Source: Fidelibacterota bacterium (GTDB taxonomy: Bacteria; Fidelibacterota; Marinisomatia; SCGC-AAA003-L08; GCA-2689995). From it: a DNA stretch of 64,000 bases. Of this stretch, positions 39,473-48,889 are shown one piece after another. The translations under genes and the position numbers were made by a program. Within the stretch, counting starts at the first letter, position 1; each line of letters starts with the position of its first letter. Location: the NCBI GenBank assembly GCA_014381925.1, contig JACNKR010000063.1, forward strand, positions 2,375-66,374, in the 5' to 3' direction. The notes under the pieces were generated by a model. It did no database searches and had not been told where the DNA came from. It saw only the letters and a program-made list of their open reading frames with translations.

Positions 39473-40684
39473 TTATTTCCTTACTCTTTGAATTAAATCT
39501 CTATTAATAATTGCCCCATCAGGAAATTCAGCACTTGAATATGGTTTTATATTTATCAATGAAGAAATTAATCCATAAACATATACATTTTCAAAAGAAT
39601 CTATTTCAATTCCTTTTTTAATATCTGGGCCGTTTGCAAAAAAAATCCCATGCATTTGAGGGTCTGCAGGGTCCCAACCATGCATTCCTTTTATATTTAA
39701 CATTCCCGTGGTTTCAAACTCTTCTTGTGTAAAAACTAACCATCCTGGATCGGGTACTAATAAAAAATCTCCTGTATTTTCATTCACAAAATGATATCTT
39801 TCTGGAATATTTTCTTTAGAATAAACAGATAAATGTCGAATATCTTTTAATTGATTATAAATATTTTTATCTTCAGAATCTATTTGTAGAATTGGTCCGC
39901 CATCATAAGTTGTAACTTGTGACATATCTGAAATATAATCATCAATTACAATTACGCGCCTTCTACTTATTTCTCTCATTCCATGGTCGCTTACTAATAT
40001 TATATTTGCTTCAATATCATTTTTTTCCAATCCTTTTATTAATCTTCCAAGCATTTTATCAGATTTTTTAATTGCTTTAATTGTTTTTTTTGAGTCAGGA
40101 CCATGTTTATGCCCCGACTTATCTGGCTCGCTAAAATAACATAAAACAAGCTTAGGCCTAACTTTTTCTGGTAATTTTAACCATGCAATAACAGAGTCAA
40201 CTCTATTTTCAAATGGAATCTTTCCATCATAATCTTTAACAATAGAGGGTTTATGTCCATTAATTGGTGCTTCTGACCCCACCCAAAAATAGCTAGCTGT
40301 TTTAACTCCTTGTTTTTCTGCAGTGACCCATATAGGCTCACCTTTATAAAATTTGGGATTAATTACGGTCTCTCGTTTATAATATGTATATCTTTCTTTA
40401 TGAATTTTACTATAATAGTGATTTCCTGTTAAATAATGATTTCCAGAATATGTACCGGTTGCAATTGAATAGTGATTGGGGAAAGTATAAGAAGGATAAA
40501 CTGGAATAAGTGATTTTGCCTTAACACCTTTTTTTATAAACGAATCAAAATGAGGTGTATTTGTCTTTTCTAAATAATCAAACCTCATTCCATCAAAAGA
40601 GACTAAAATAGTCGGGGTTTCATTTGAAAAACCATTTACGATTAAAAGATGAAATATGAGTAAGATATGCCTAATTTTTACCAT
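39473..40684 (-). CDS. Ectonucleotide pyrophosphatase/phosphodiesterase (NPP, alkaline-phosphatase superfamily)
   Basis: ILVSFDGMRFDY, nucleophile context YPSYTFPNHYSIATG, SEPDKSGHKHGP, VSDHGM, GMHGWD. Confidence 0.8.
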   Translation of the reverse strand: MVKIRHILLIFHLLIVNGFSNETPTILVSFDGMRFDYLEKTNTPHFDSFIKKGVKAKSLIPVYPSYTFPNHYSIATGTYSGNHYLTGNHYYSKIHKERYTYYKRETVINPKFYKGEPIWVTAEKQGVKTASYFWVGSEAPINGHKPSIVKDYDGKIPFENRVDSVIAWLKLPEKVRPKLVLCYFSEPDKSGHKHGPDSKKTIKAIKKSDKMLGRLIKGLEKNDIEANIILVSDHGMREISRRRVIVIDDYISDMSQVTTYDGGPILQIDSEDKNIYNQLKDIRHLSVYSKENIPERYHFVNENTGDFLLVPDPGWLVFTQEEFETTGMLNIKGMHGWDPADPQMHGIFFANGPDIKKGIEIDSFENVYVYGLISSLINIKPYSSAEFPDGAIINRDLIQRVRK

Positions 40685-40734
40685 TAAAAATTATCCTTTT
40701 TTTATAGTTTTTAACTTAATAATTACAAAATACA

Positions 40735-42036
40735 TTGAAACATAATCAGGCAAATTTACCACCTTTAGCAGAAAGAGTTAGACCACAAAACTTAAAAGAT
40801 TTTGCAGGTCAAGATAATTTACTTTCTAAAAATAGTTTAATTTCAACAGCTATCGAAAATGGTAAATTATTCTCTATGATTTTATGGGGTCCCCCTGGTT
40901 CAGGAAAAACAACACTTGCGAAAATAATTTCTAAAAGCTGTAATTATGCATATTATGAATTATCTGCGGTTTCATCAGGTGTAAAAGATTTACGAAAAAT
41001 ATTAGCCAAAGGAGAAGAACAGACTTTTTTAAATAAACCTGCTCTTTTATTTATAGATGAAATTCATAGATATAGTAAATCTCAACAGGATTCATTACTT
41101 CATGGTGTTGAACAAGGAATTGTTACTTTAATAGGTGCGACCACTGAAAACCCCTCTTTTGAAATTATCTCACCATTATTATCAAGATGTAGAGTTTTAA
41201 CACTTTCAGGTCATTCAATTGAAGAATTAAATAGTATTTTAAAACATGCAATTCAAACAGATGATACTATTAAATATATGGATGTTAAAATTAATTCAAG
41301 GGCAAAAGAATTATTATTAAAATCTTCCGGAGGTGATGCGAGAAAAATGTTAAACACTTTTGAACTTGCATTATCTTTTTTGAATGATAAAAGTAATACC
41401 TGTACAGAAAGCCATATTCAAAATGCGTTACAAAATAAAATGGTTTTATATGATAAAGACGGTGATTACCGCTATGATGTTATTTCTGCATTTATCAAAT
41501 CAATTAGAGGTTCAGACCCAGATGCTTCAATTTATTGGTTAGCAATAATGTTAGAAGGAGGTGAAAAACCTGAATTTATTGCAAGACGGCTTATCATATT
41601 GGCATCTGAAGATATTGGAAATGCCGAACCATATGCAATTTCTTTAGCAAATGCAGCATTTGAGGCTGTTCATAAAATTGGAATGCCTGAAGCATCTTAT
41701 GTTTTAAGTCAGACAACAACCTATCTTGCCTCTGCACCCAAAAGTAATGCATCTGCAAATGCAATCTTAACAGCAAGAGAATATGTCAAAAAAAATGGAA
41801 CAGGAAGTGTTCCGCTACATTTACGAAATTCTGTTACCAATTTAATGAAAGATTTAGATTATGGGAAAAATTATAAATACCCACATTCATACCCCCGTGG
41901 GTATGTTAAAGAAAATTATTTCCCTAAAGAAATAACAGATAACCCTCAATTTTATCACCCCAAAGAATTAGGGAGAGAAAAGTTTTTAAAAGAACGATTA
42001 GAATACTTGAAAAAATTAAATAAAACAGATGACTAA
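40735..42036 (+). CDS. rarA: Replication-associated recombination protein A (MgsA/RarA AAA+ ATPase)
   Basis: PLAERVRPQNLKDFAGQ, Walker A GPPGSGKTT, Walker B LFIDEIHR, C-terminal MgsA domain (YWLAIMLEGGEKPEFIARRLI). TTG start. Confidence 0.85.
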   Translation: MKHNQANLPPLAERVRPQNLKDFAGQDNLLSKNSLISTAIENGKLFSMILWGPPGSGKTTLAKIISKSCNYAYYELSAVSSGVKDLRKILAKGEEQTFLNKPALLFIDEIHRYSKSQQDSLLHGVEQGIVTLIGATTENPSFEIISPLLSRCRVLTLSGHSIEELNSILKHAIQTDDTIKYMDVKINSRAKELLLKSSGGDARKMLNTFELALSFLNDKSNTCTESHIQNALQNKMVLYDKDGDYRYDVISAFIKSIRGSDPDASIYWLAIMLEGGEKPEFIARRLIILASEDIGNAEPYAISLANAAFEAVHKIGMPEASYVLSQTTTYLASAPKSNASANAILTAREYVKKNGTGSVPLHLRNSVTNLMKDLDYGKNYKYPHSYPRGYVKENYFPKEITDNPQFYHPKELGREKFLKERLEYLKKLNKTDD

Positions 42037-45000
42037 TATCTTTTTTATTATATTATTTTTAACAACTATTTTTGGAAATGATGATCGGCTTCGAATTATT
42101 CAAGCAGATTTAATGCAAAGCCATCAAATTGAATCCCAACCGGTAATGGAACTTACTGGTAATGTAATTTTACAAAAAAATAATTTATTCCTTTATACCG
42201 AAAAAGCCACAAATTATACAAAAATAAATATCTTTGAACTTTCTGGACATGTTACAATGATTGAGGATGAAGATACATTGAAGTGTAAAAACCTTACTTA
42301 TTTTAGTGATTCATTAGATTATATCCTCGCTATTGGAAATGTGAATTATCGGAAACCCAATGAATTAATTAGCTGTGATTCATTATATTTTTGGACAGAT
42401 ATTGATTCTGGTATTGCAATTGGGAATGTAAATTTAGAATCCGAATCTCAAAATGTTTCAACAGATTATATACATTATAAGGAAACAAAAGGACCAAGAG
42501 GAATATCATTTTCAGCATATCGAAATGTAAATATAATAGAAGGTAATCGCGTAATTCAAACAGACACCTTATTATATAACGATAAAATTGAATTAATGTC
42601 TTTAAAAAATGGAGGTGTTGTAAAAGAGCCAGGGAAAGGCATAATTGGTGATGCAATTTTTCTACAATATAAGGATTCTATTTTACAAAATATAAATATC
42701 TCTGGCAATGCAGAAGCATGGCAAGATTTTGATAGTAAAATAAAAGAGAATGATCCCCATTTTTATCAATTTAGAAATGAAATGAAAAGTAAATTTATTA
42801 CTGTCGAATTAAAAAATGATGAAATCAATAAAATGCATCTTAATAATATGGCAGAAACAATTTATCACGTATCAGAAGACTCTTTATTAATGGGGACAAA
42901 TACAGCATCTGGAGATACAATTATTTTAACTTTTCAAGATTCTGAATTAAATAGAATTCAAGTAATTGGCGGAAGTCAAGGCATATTTAAGCCTGAAGCT
43001 GGAAATACAAAAATTGATACAACCATCACTTATAAAGCAAATTATTTAGATTATTTTGTAGATAAAAAACAAACACAACTCATTGAAAATGCAATTGTAG
43101 AATATCAAGAAACAAAGCTAGAAGCTGGAAACATTGTTGTTGATTGGAAGGAAAACATTCTAAATGCAATTGAATATAATGAAATTCTTCCAACTGTTTA
43201 TACCAGTGGAACAGAACCGCTCATAGGTGATGATATGACTTTTGATTTAATTTCAAAACATGGGAAAATCAATAAAGGGAAAACAGAGTATAATAGTGGT
43301 TTTTATCATGGGGAAAAAATTTATAGAGATGAGCCTGATATTTTTCATGTAAAAGACAGTAAATACACCTCGTGTGAATTAGATAATCCTCACTATTATT
43401 TTGCAAGCAATAAAATGAAATTAGTAGGAGATGATAGAGTAATTGCAAAACCTTTAATTCTCCATATTTTTGATATACCAATTATTGGAATTCCTTTTGC
43501 CGTTTTTCCAAATAAAGGAGGGAGTCGTCATAGTGGGTGGATTATGCCCGCTTTTGGGACACGAACAAGCACTGGGACATTTTTCCAACGACTCGGTTAT
43601 TATTATGCTCCAAATGAATATGTCGACTTAAAAACACTTGTTGACTTTTATGATAAATTGGGATTGGTTATCAATAGTAAGTTTAATTATATAAAAAGAT
43701 ATAATTATAGTGGGTCGCTTTCTACACGAATTAATCAGTCATTAATCGGGAAAGATGTTGTTGACTTATTTGATAATTATACACGACAATTTAATATTAT
43801 ATGGCATCATTCTCAAAAACTTGATCCAACGCAAAACCTATCAATTAATGCACAATATGTTAGTAATTCTAATTTTTATCAAAGTAATTGGAATGATAAA
43901 TCAAATCAATTAACCCAAAAAATTGAATCGCATTTAAATTATTCTAAGCGATGGTCAGCGTGGAAAAATAATTTTAGTATGAATATTTCTGACAGTTATG
44001 ATTTACTTTCAGATATACGAAAAGAAGAAGGTGATTATTCTCATAATCATTTTTTGGTTGAAAGATCACAATCATTGCCCAATTTAAGTTTTAGTCACAG
44101 TAAGGGGAAAATTAAAATTGCTGGTAAAGAATATCCCATTTTAAAAGATATTTATTGGGATTATTCTTCTAATTTAACAAATAGCATACGAAAAGGTTGG
44201 AAATATTACTCAATAGAAAATGATTCATTATTCAATCCATTTTGGGAAGATTCTACCAATATTCGTACGGGCATAAAGCATAATATGAGCTTTTCAACAT
44301 CAAATAAATTTTTTGGCTGGCTTTCTCTATCTCCTCGAATTTCTTTTAAAGAAAACTGGGTAAACCAATATACAAAACTAAACCAGCAATTTGAAACGGA
44401 GTATATCAGTGGGTTTAAACGCAGACTTACATGGAATACATCTTTATCAATGTCCACCAAACTTTATGGGTTATTTCCAATTTCAGTTGGTATGCTAGAT
44501 GCTATTAGACATGTAATGACTCCTTCTATTTCTTTTAATTGGGCGCCAAACTTTTCTGAACATGGCTCTCCATTTATTCAAACCTTTGTAGATACAGCAT
44601 TAACGCATGATTATTTTTACGGGACACTTGCAGGAGCGACACCCTCTGTAGAATCAAAATCTATAGGGTTAGGACTTTCAAATATATTTCAAGCAAAAAT
44701 AAAAAATGAATCCGAATATAAAAAAATTGATTTAATTTCATGGTCTTTAAATTCAAATTATAATTTTACTGCAGATAGTTTGAAATTAGCACCCGTAAAT
44801 TCATCCATCAGCTCTACACTTCCAAATGGTTTAAGATTAAGCCTGACAATGTCCCATGATTTTTATAAACTAAATTCAAATGGTCAACGAATAAATCAAT
44901 ATAGAAAATATCCTCGATTAAAAAGTGTTAACGGAGGAACATCATTAAAATTTTCAGGGAAAAAATTTATCTTTTCAAATTCGACAGAAATAGATACAAC

Positions 45001-45403
45001 GTCACAATTAATTGGAGATGATTCTTCACCATTATTAGGGGCTGGTAATAATTTTTCATCAAGTAATCAAAATTTATGGAATTCTACTTTTAGTATTCGT
45101 TATTCATATACACCTCGAGAAAATCAAGATGCATTAATAAATTTTTGGGTAAATACTAATTTAGATATTCAACTTACACCTGCATGGAAAATGAATTATA
45201 ATGCTCGTATTGATTTAGAAAAATTAGAATTAGTTTCTCATGATTTTACTTTTAAACGAAATCTTCATTGTTTTGAGTTTTTATTTGAATGGACACCAAC
45301 AGGCTATAGACAAGGATTTTATTTACGAATAAATGTAATCAACAGAGATCTAAAAGAAAGTATCAAGCTCGAATCTCGTGGTGGAAATAGTTTTTGGCAA
45401 TAA
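42029..45403 (+). CDS. LptD/OstA-like giant outer-membrane protein
   Basis: Signal peptide, then N-terminal OstA-like repeats (ELTGNVILQKNNLFLYTEKA...LSGHVTMIEDEDTLKCKNL), followed by about 700 aa of beta-barrel-like sequence. Overlaps the rarA end by 8 nt. Confidence 0.55.
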   Translation: MTNIFFIILFLTTIFGNDDRLRIIQADLMQSHQIESQPVMELTGNVILQKNNLFLYTEKATNYTKINIFELSGHVTMIEDEDTLKCKNLTYFSDSLDYILAIGNVNYRKPNELISCDSLYFWTDIDSGIAIGNVNLESESQNVSTDYIHYKETKGPRGISFSAYRNVNIIEGNRVIQTDTLLYNDKIELMSLKNGGVVKEPGKGIIGDAIFLQYKDSILQNINISGNAEAWQDFDSKIKENDPHFYQFRNEMKSKFITVELKNDEINKMHLNNMAETIYHVSEDSLLMGTNTASGDTIILTFQDSELNRIQVIGGSQGIFKPEAGNTKIDTTITYKANYLDYFVDKKQTQLIENAIVEYQETKLEAGNIVVDWKENILNAIEYNEILPTVYTSGTEPLIGDDMTFDLISKHGKINKGKTEYNSGFYHGEKIYRDEPDIFHVKDSKYTSCELDNPHYYFASNKMKLVGDDRVIAKPLILHIFDIPIIGIPFAVFPNKGGSRHSGWIMPAFGTRTSTGTFFQRLGYYYAPNEYVDLKTLVDFYDKLGLVINSKFNYIKRYNYSGSLSTRINQSLIGKDVVDLFDNYTRQFNIIWHHSQKLDPTQNLSINAQYVSNSNFYQSNWNDKSNQLTQKIESHLNYSKRWSAWKNNFSMNISDSYDLLSDIRKEEGDYSHNHFLVERSQSLPNLSFSHSKGKIKIAGKEYPILKDIYWDYSSNLTNSIRKGWKYYSIENDSLFNPFWEDSTNIRTGIKHNMSFSTSNKFFGWLSLSPRISFKENWVNQYTKLNQQFETEYISGFKRRLTWNTSLSMSTKLYGLFPISVGMLDAIRHVMTPSISFNWAPNFSEHGSPFIQTFVDTALTHDYFYGTLAGATPSVESKSIGLGLSNIFQAKIKNESEYKKIDLISWSLNSNYNFTADSLKLAPVNSSISSTLPNGLRLSLTMSHDFYKLNSNGQRINQYRKYPRLKSVNGGTSLKFSGKKFIFSNSTEIDTTSQLIGDDSSPLLGAGNNFSSSNQNLWNSTFSIRYSYTPRENQDALINFWVNTNLDIQLTPAWKMNYNARIDLEKLELVSHDFTFKRNLHCFEFLFEWTPTGYRQGFYLRINVINRDLKESIKLESRGGNSFWQ

Positions 45404-45432
45404 AAAAGGAGCAAGAAAACTCACTCCTTTTT
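45404..45432. terminator. Bidirectional intrinsic terminator after the LptD-like gene
   Basis: AAAAGGAG...CTCCTTTT stem (with an internal mismatch, alternatively GGAGCAAG/CTCACTCC), flanked by an A-run upstream and a T-run downstream. Confidence 0.5.
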
Positions 45433-45435
45433 AAA

Positions 45436-45660
45436 ATTAACCCTTCCCATATATTGTAATCATTGAGAAGGGTTTGCGTCACACTTCCTCCCAGTATGAC
45501 TATCAACTAACTATTTCATAATAGTTACCCTCCCAAAAGCAACCACTCAATGTTTGAAACAGTCAGGACAACATCTTCAACGACTTTGCGTTCTAAAACC
45601 CTTCAAATAATAAGAATAGATAAACATTTAACTTGTGATATAGATTAAAAAATTAACTAT
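45436..45660. ncRNA. Candidate small non-coding RNA or structured element of unknown family (strand unresolved)
   Basis: The 331-nt gap between convergent genes has no ORF in any frame. Hand count for 45441-45604 is 66/164 G+C, with 46 C against 20 G on the + strand. There is an 8-bp hairpin AACCCTTC/GAAGGGTT (45439-45474) and an 8-bp hairpin at 45508-45527 flanked by CCTCCCA repeats (45487-45493, 45529-45535). A third copy, AAACCCTTC, lies at 45596-45604. Confidence 0.3.
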
Positions 45661-45662
45661 AT

Positions 45663-45687
45663 AAAAAGAATGGCTGATATTTCTGCC
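45663..45687 (-). terminator. Probable intrinsic terminator of the moxR-DUF58 operon
   Basis: Minus strand: GGCAGA-AAUA-UCAGCC (one mismatch), followed by AUUCUUUUUAU. Confidence 0.45.
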
Positions 45688-45734
45688 CTTAATCTCAATA
45701 ATTCTAAGAATTTCCTCTCCTTAAATTTAAGGAA

Positions 45735-46622
45735 TTATCTAAAACTACCTCTTTTTATTAAATAATTTGCAACAACTTCATCAAGTCTTTGGTTCGTAAA
45801 AACTTGAACATAATCCATTCTATTTTTTCTACAATTTAATTTATAATAATCACAAAATTCTTGCATCTCTGTTTTATATGCCTGTTTTATATGCCAAGGA
45901 TCTGTTGTAATTTTTTCACCCGTTTCTTTATCTACAAATCGAATTCGTTCTTTAAAGTTTAATTCCATTTCTTCGGGATCTAAAATATGAAACACGACAA
46001 CTTCATGACCATTATATCTAAAATGTTTTAATCCATTAAATGTTTTTTGTGGGTCATCAAATAAATCAGAAATTAAAATGATAAGTCCTCTTTTATGAAT
46101 TTTTTCAGCTATTTCATGTAAAATCGGTGCAATAAAAGTTTCTCCTCCAGGTGCTATATTGGATAATGCGGACATTAATACATTTAAATGGCTTGATTTT
46201 GATCGTGGAGGAATAAATTTTCGGACTTTAGTATCAAACAAAGTTAAACCAACAGCATCCTGCTGTTTAAGCATTAAATAACAAAAAGAGGCAAATAAGG
46301 TTTGAGCATATTCTAACTTGGTTAATGCTCCAGACCCATAATTCATTGAGCTACTTTGATCTAATAATAAATGAGATCTTAAGTTTGTTTCTTCCTCAAA
46401 CTGTTTTACAAAATAGCGATCTGTTTTACCGAATAACTTCCAGTCAATATGTTTAATTTCGTCACCGATTCCATATGCTCGATGTTCGGAAAATTCAGCC
46501 GAAAACCCATGAAAAGGGCTTTTATGATGACCAACAATAAATCCTTCAACAACCATTCTTGCTCTAAATTGTAAACTATCAATTTTAGAAATAACTTCAG
46601 GAGTGAGAAATTCTCTCGACAA
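45735..46622 (-). CDS. DUF58 (vWA-like) protein, MoxR partner
   Basis: SPFHGFSAEFSEHRAYGIGDEIKHIDWKLFGKTDRYFVKQFEEET is the hallmark DUF58 region. TTG start 1 nt after the moxR stop. Confidence 0.8.
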   Translation of the reverse strand: MSREFLTPEVISKIDSLQFRARMVVEGFIVGHHKSPFHGFSAEFSEHRAYGIGDEIKHIDWKLFGKTDRYFVKQFEEETNLRSHLLLDQSSSMNYGSGALTKLEYAQTLFASFCYLMLKQQDAVGLTLFDTKVRKFIPPRSKSSHLNVLMSALSNIAPGGETFIAPILHEIAEKIHKRGLIILISDLFDDPQKTFNGLKHFRYNGHEVVVFHILDPEEMELNFKERIRFVDKETGEKITTDPWHIKQAYKTEMQEFCDYYKLNCRKNRMDYVQVFTNQRLDEVVANYLIKRGSFR

Positions 46623-46623
46623 G

Positions 46624-47601
46624 TTATTTATCCTGTAATACTAAATCTAAAATATCATCACTTGTTATACCTTCAGACTCAGCATTGAAATTTGGAATAA
46701 TACGATGCCTTAGAACAGGTTTTATCATCATTTGCACATCTGCTATGTCTGGCGTCGTTCTCTGGTTTAAAACTGCATTTGCTTTTGATGCTAAAATTAA
46801 TCCAGAACTTGCTCTTGGGCCTGCACCCCAGTCCAATAATTTTTTAATAGACTCTGGCATAATACCTTCACTCGGACGCGTTTTCCGAACAAAATTTACG
46901 GCATATTCAATCACATTATCAGCTACAGGGATGTTGCGAATTAATTCCTGAAATTCAATTAATTGAGATTGGTTTACAATTGGGTTTACCGCTTCTGGGC
47001 TTTCGCCTGTAGTTGATTTTACAATATCAACTTCTTCAGTCGCTGAAGGATAATCAATCGTTAATTTAAATAAAAATCGATCTAATTGTGCTTCAGGCAA
47101 TGGGTATGTACCTTCTTGTTCAATTGGATTTTGAGTTGCTAAAACAAAAAAGGGCTCTTCAAGAATGTATGTTTTTCCATTTACAGTTACTTTATGTTCT
47201 TGCATTGCTTCTAAAAGTGACGCCTGAGTTTTAGGAGGTGTTCGATTAATCTCATCTGCGAGAATGATATTTCCAAAAATAGGTCCTTTAAAAAATTTAA
47301 AAACTCGTTTTCCTGTCGTTGAATCCTCTTCTAAAATCTCGGTTCCTGTAATATCACTTGGCATTAAATCAGGGGTAAATTGTATTCGGCTAAAATTTAA
47401 CTTCATTGCATCAGACAAAGTGTTAATGAGCAGAGTTTTTGCCAACCCGGGAACACCCTCTAGCATCACATGTCCTTTACACAATAAAGCAATAAATAAT
47501 TGGTCAATTATTTCTTTTTGCCCAATAATTACTTTTCCTGCCTCTGTCTCAAGGTTTGATTTTAATTTGAATAATTCTTCTACTTTTTTAATATTGTTCA
47601 T
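46624..47601 (-). CDS. MoxR-family AAA+ ATPase
   Basis: Walker A EGVPGLAKT, Walker B IILADEINR, ATQNPIEQEGTYPLPEAQLDRF. Confidence 0.85.
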   Translation of the reverse strand: MNNIKKVEELFKLKSNLETEAGKVIIGQKEIIDQLFIALLCKGHVMLEGVPGLAKTLLINTLSDAMKLNFSRIQFTPDLMPSDITGTEILEEDSTTGKRVFKFFKGPIFGNIILADEINRTPPKTQASLLEAMQEHKVTVNGKTYILEEPFFVLATQNPIEQEGTYPLPEAQLDRFLFKLTIDYPSATEEVDIVKSTTGESPEAVNPIVNQSQLIEFQELIRNIPVADNVIEYAVNFVRKTRPSEGIMPESIKKLLDWGAGPRASSGLILASKANAVLNQRTTPDIADVQMMIKPVLRHRIIPNFNAESEGITSDDILDLVLQDK

Positions 47602-47720
47602 GTTTTTTCCATTTATTCAGGGGGTGAATCTATTGGTTTTTAATATTTTAGAAAAAGAATTAGATTTAGTTTTATTAAAATAAACTAAAAAAACTATATT
47701 CATATATTGCCCTAATTTTA

Positions 47721-48782
47721 ATGATGGTGCAAAATTCAAAAATCGTAATAAAAGGAATGGGGCTAACAGAGTTACAAACATGGTGTGAATCGGTAGGCGA
47801 AACTTCCTTTAGAGGTATTCAACTTTATGAATGGATGTATAAAAAGGGAGTTGAGCGTGCAGACAAAATGCTTAATATTAGTCAAAAATTTAGAAATTAT
47901 CTTGATGAACATGCAATACTTTCAACTCTAGAATTAGAATTAGCAACACAATCTAAACTTGAAGAAACAATTAAATATTTATTTAGATTAAAAGATAATC
48001 AATTTATTGAAACAGTAAGCATGGTTCAAGAAAACCGTCATACTGTATGTATTTCATCCCAAATTGGTTGCAATGTAGATTGTGATTTTTGTGCAACAGG
48101 AAAAATGGGATTTATTCGAAATTTATCAATAGGAGAAATTGTTGATCAGCTAATATATGTTAGAAATAACGTCGAATCACCAATTACAAATGTAGTTTTT
48201 ATGGGCATGGGTGAACCATTTCTAAATTATGATCGGGTAATTAAATCAGCAGGTATTTTTCATAATCCTCGGGGTTTTAATCTCGGAAAACACCGTATTA
48301 CAATTTCAACGGCAGGAATATTACCAAAAATAAAACAATTTATCGACGAAGAACAAAAATATAAACTAGCTATTTCTTTAAATGCATCAAATGATGATGT
48401 TCGTGATAATATTATGCCAATAAATAAAAAATGGAATATTAGACAAATTATAAAAGAAGGTAAACGGTTTTCATCGTTAAAGCGAAGACAAGTCATGTTT
48501 GAATATGTTTTAATGAAAGGAATTAATGACTCAATTGAAAATGCAATTGAATTGGCATCTCTCTTAAATGGTGTTGATTGTAAATTAAATATCATACCAT
48601 ATAACGAATCCGATGGTGTTTATCAACGCCCTACAGAAAAATCATTAAATGATTTTTTAAATATTTTACACGCAAATCAAAATGGTTATCGAATATTAGT
48701 CCGCTGGAGTAAAGGTCAAGATATAGAAGCTGGATGTGGGCAGCTAATTTATAAAGAAAAATTTGCAACAGACATAAATTAA
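47721..48782 (+). CDS. rlmN: 23S rRNA/tRNA adenine-C2 methyltransferase RlmN (radical SAM)
   Basis: CxxxCxxC cluster GCNVDCDFCATG, GMGEPFLNY, C-terminal GCGQL. Confidence 0.85.
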   Translation: MMVQNSKIVIKGMGLTELQTWCESVGETSFRGIQLYEWMYKKGVERADKMLNISQKFRNYLDEHAILSTLELELATQSKLEETIKYLFRLKDNQFIETVSMVQENRHTVCISSQIGCNVDCDFCATGKMGFIRNLSIGEIVDQLIYVRNNVESPITNVVFMGMGEPFLNYDRVIKSAGIFHNPRGFNLGKHRITISTAGILPKIKQFIDEEQKYKLAISLNASNDDVRDNIMPINKKWNIRQIIKEGKRFSSLKRRQVMFEYVLMKGINDSIENAIELASLLNGVDCKLNIIPYNESDGVYQRPTEKSLNDFLNILHANQNGYRILVRWSKGQDIEAGCGQLIYKEKFATDIN

Positions 48783-48889
48783 TGGAACATTAAAAGAAAA
48801 TATATAATTCTACTAATATTCTTAAATCTATAAATATTCGTAATTTACGAATATAAATTTTTAACCAAATATCATTAAAAGGATAGAAA

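Noticed and set aside
45436-45660. Assignment of the orphan spacer to 6S RNA, SRP RNA, RNase P RNA or tmRNA
   Set aside because: No GAGGAAAGUCC-type (RNase P) motif, no GGAAGCAGCC/GNAR helix-8 (SRP) motif and no tRNA-like ends (tmRNA) are present. The 46 C against 20 G skew means the two halves cannot form the long, imperfect 6S-type hairpin. Family unknown.
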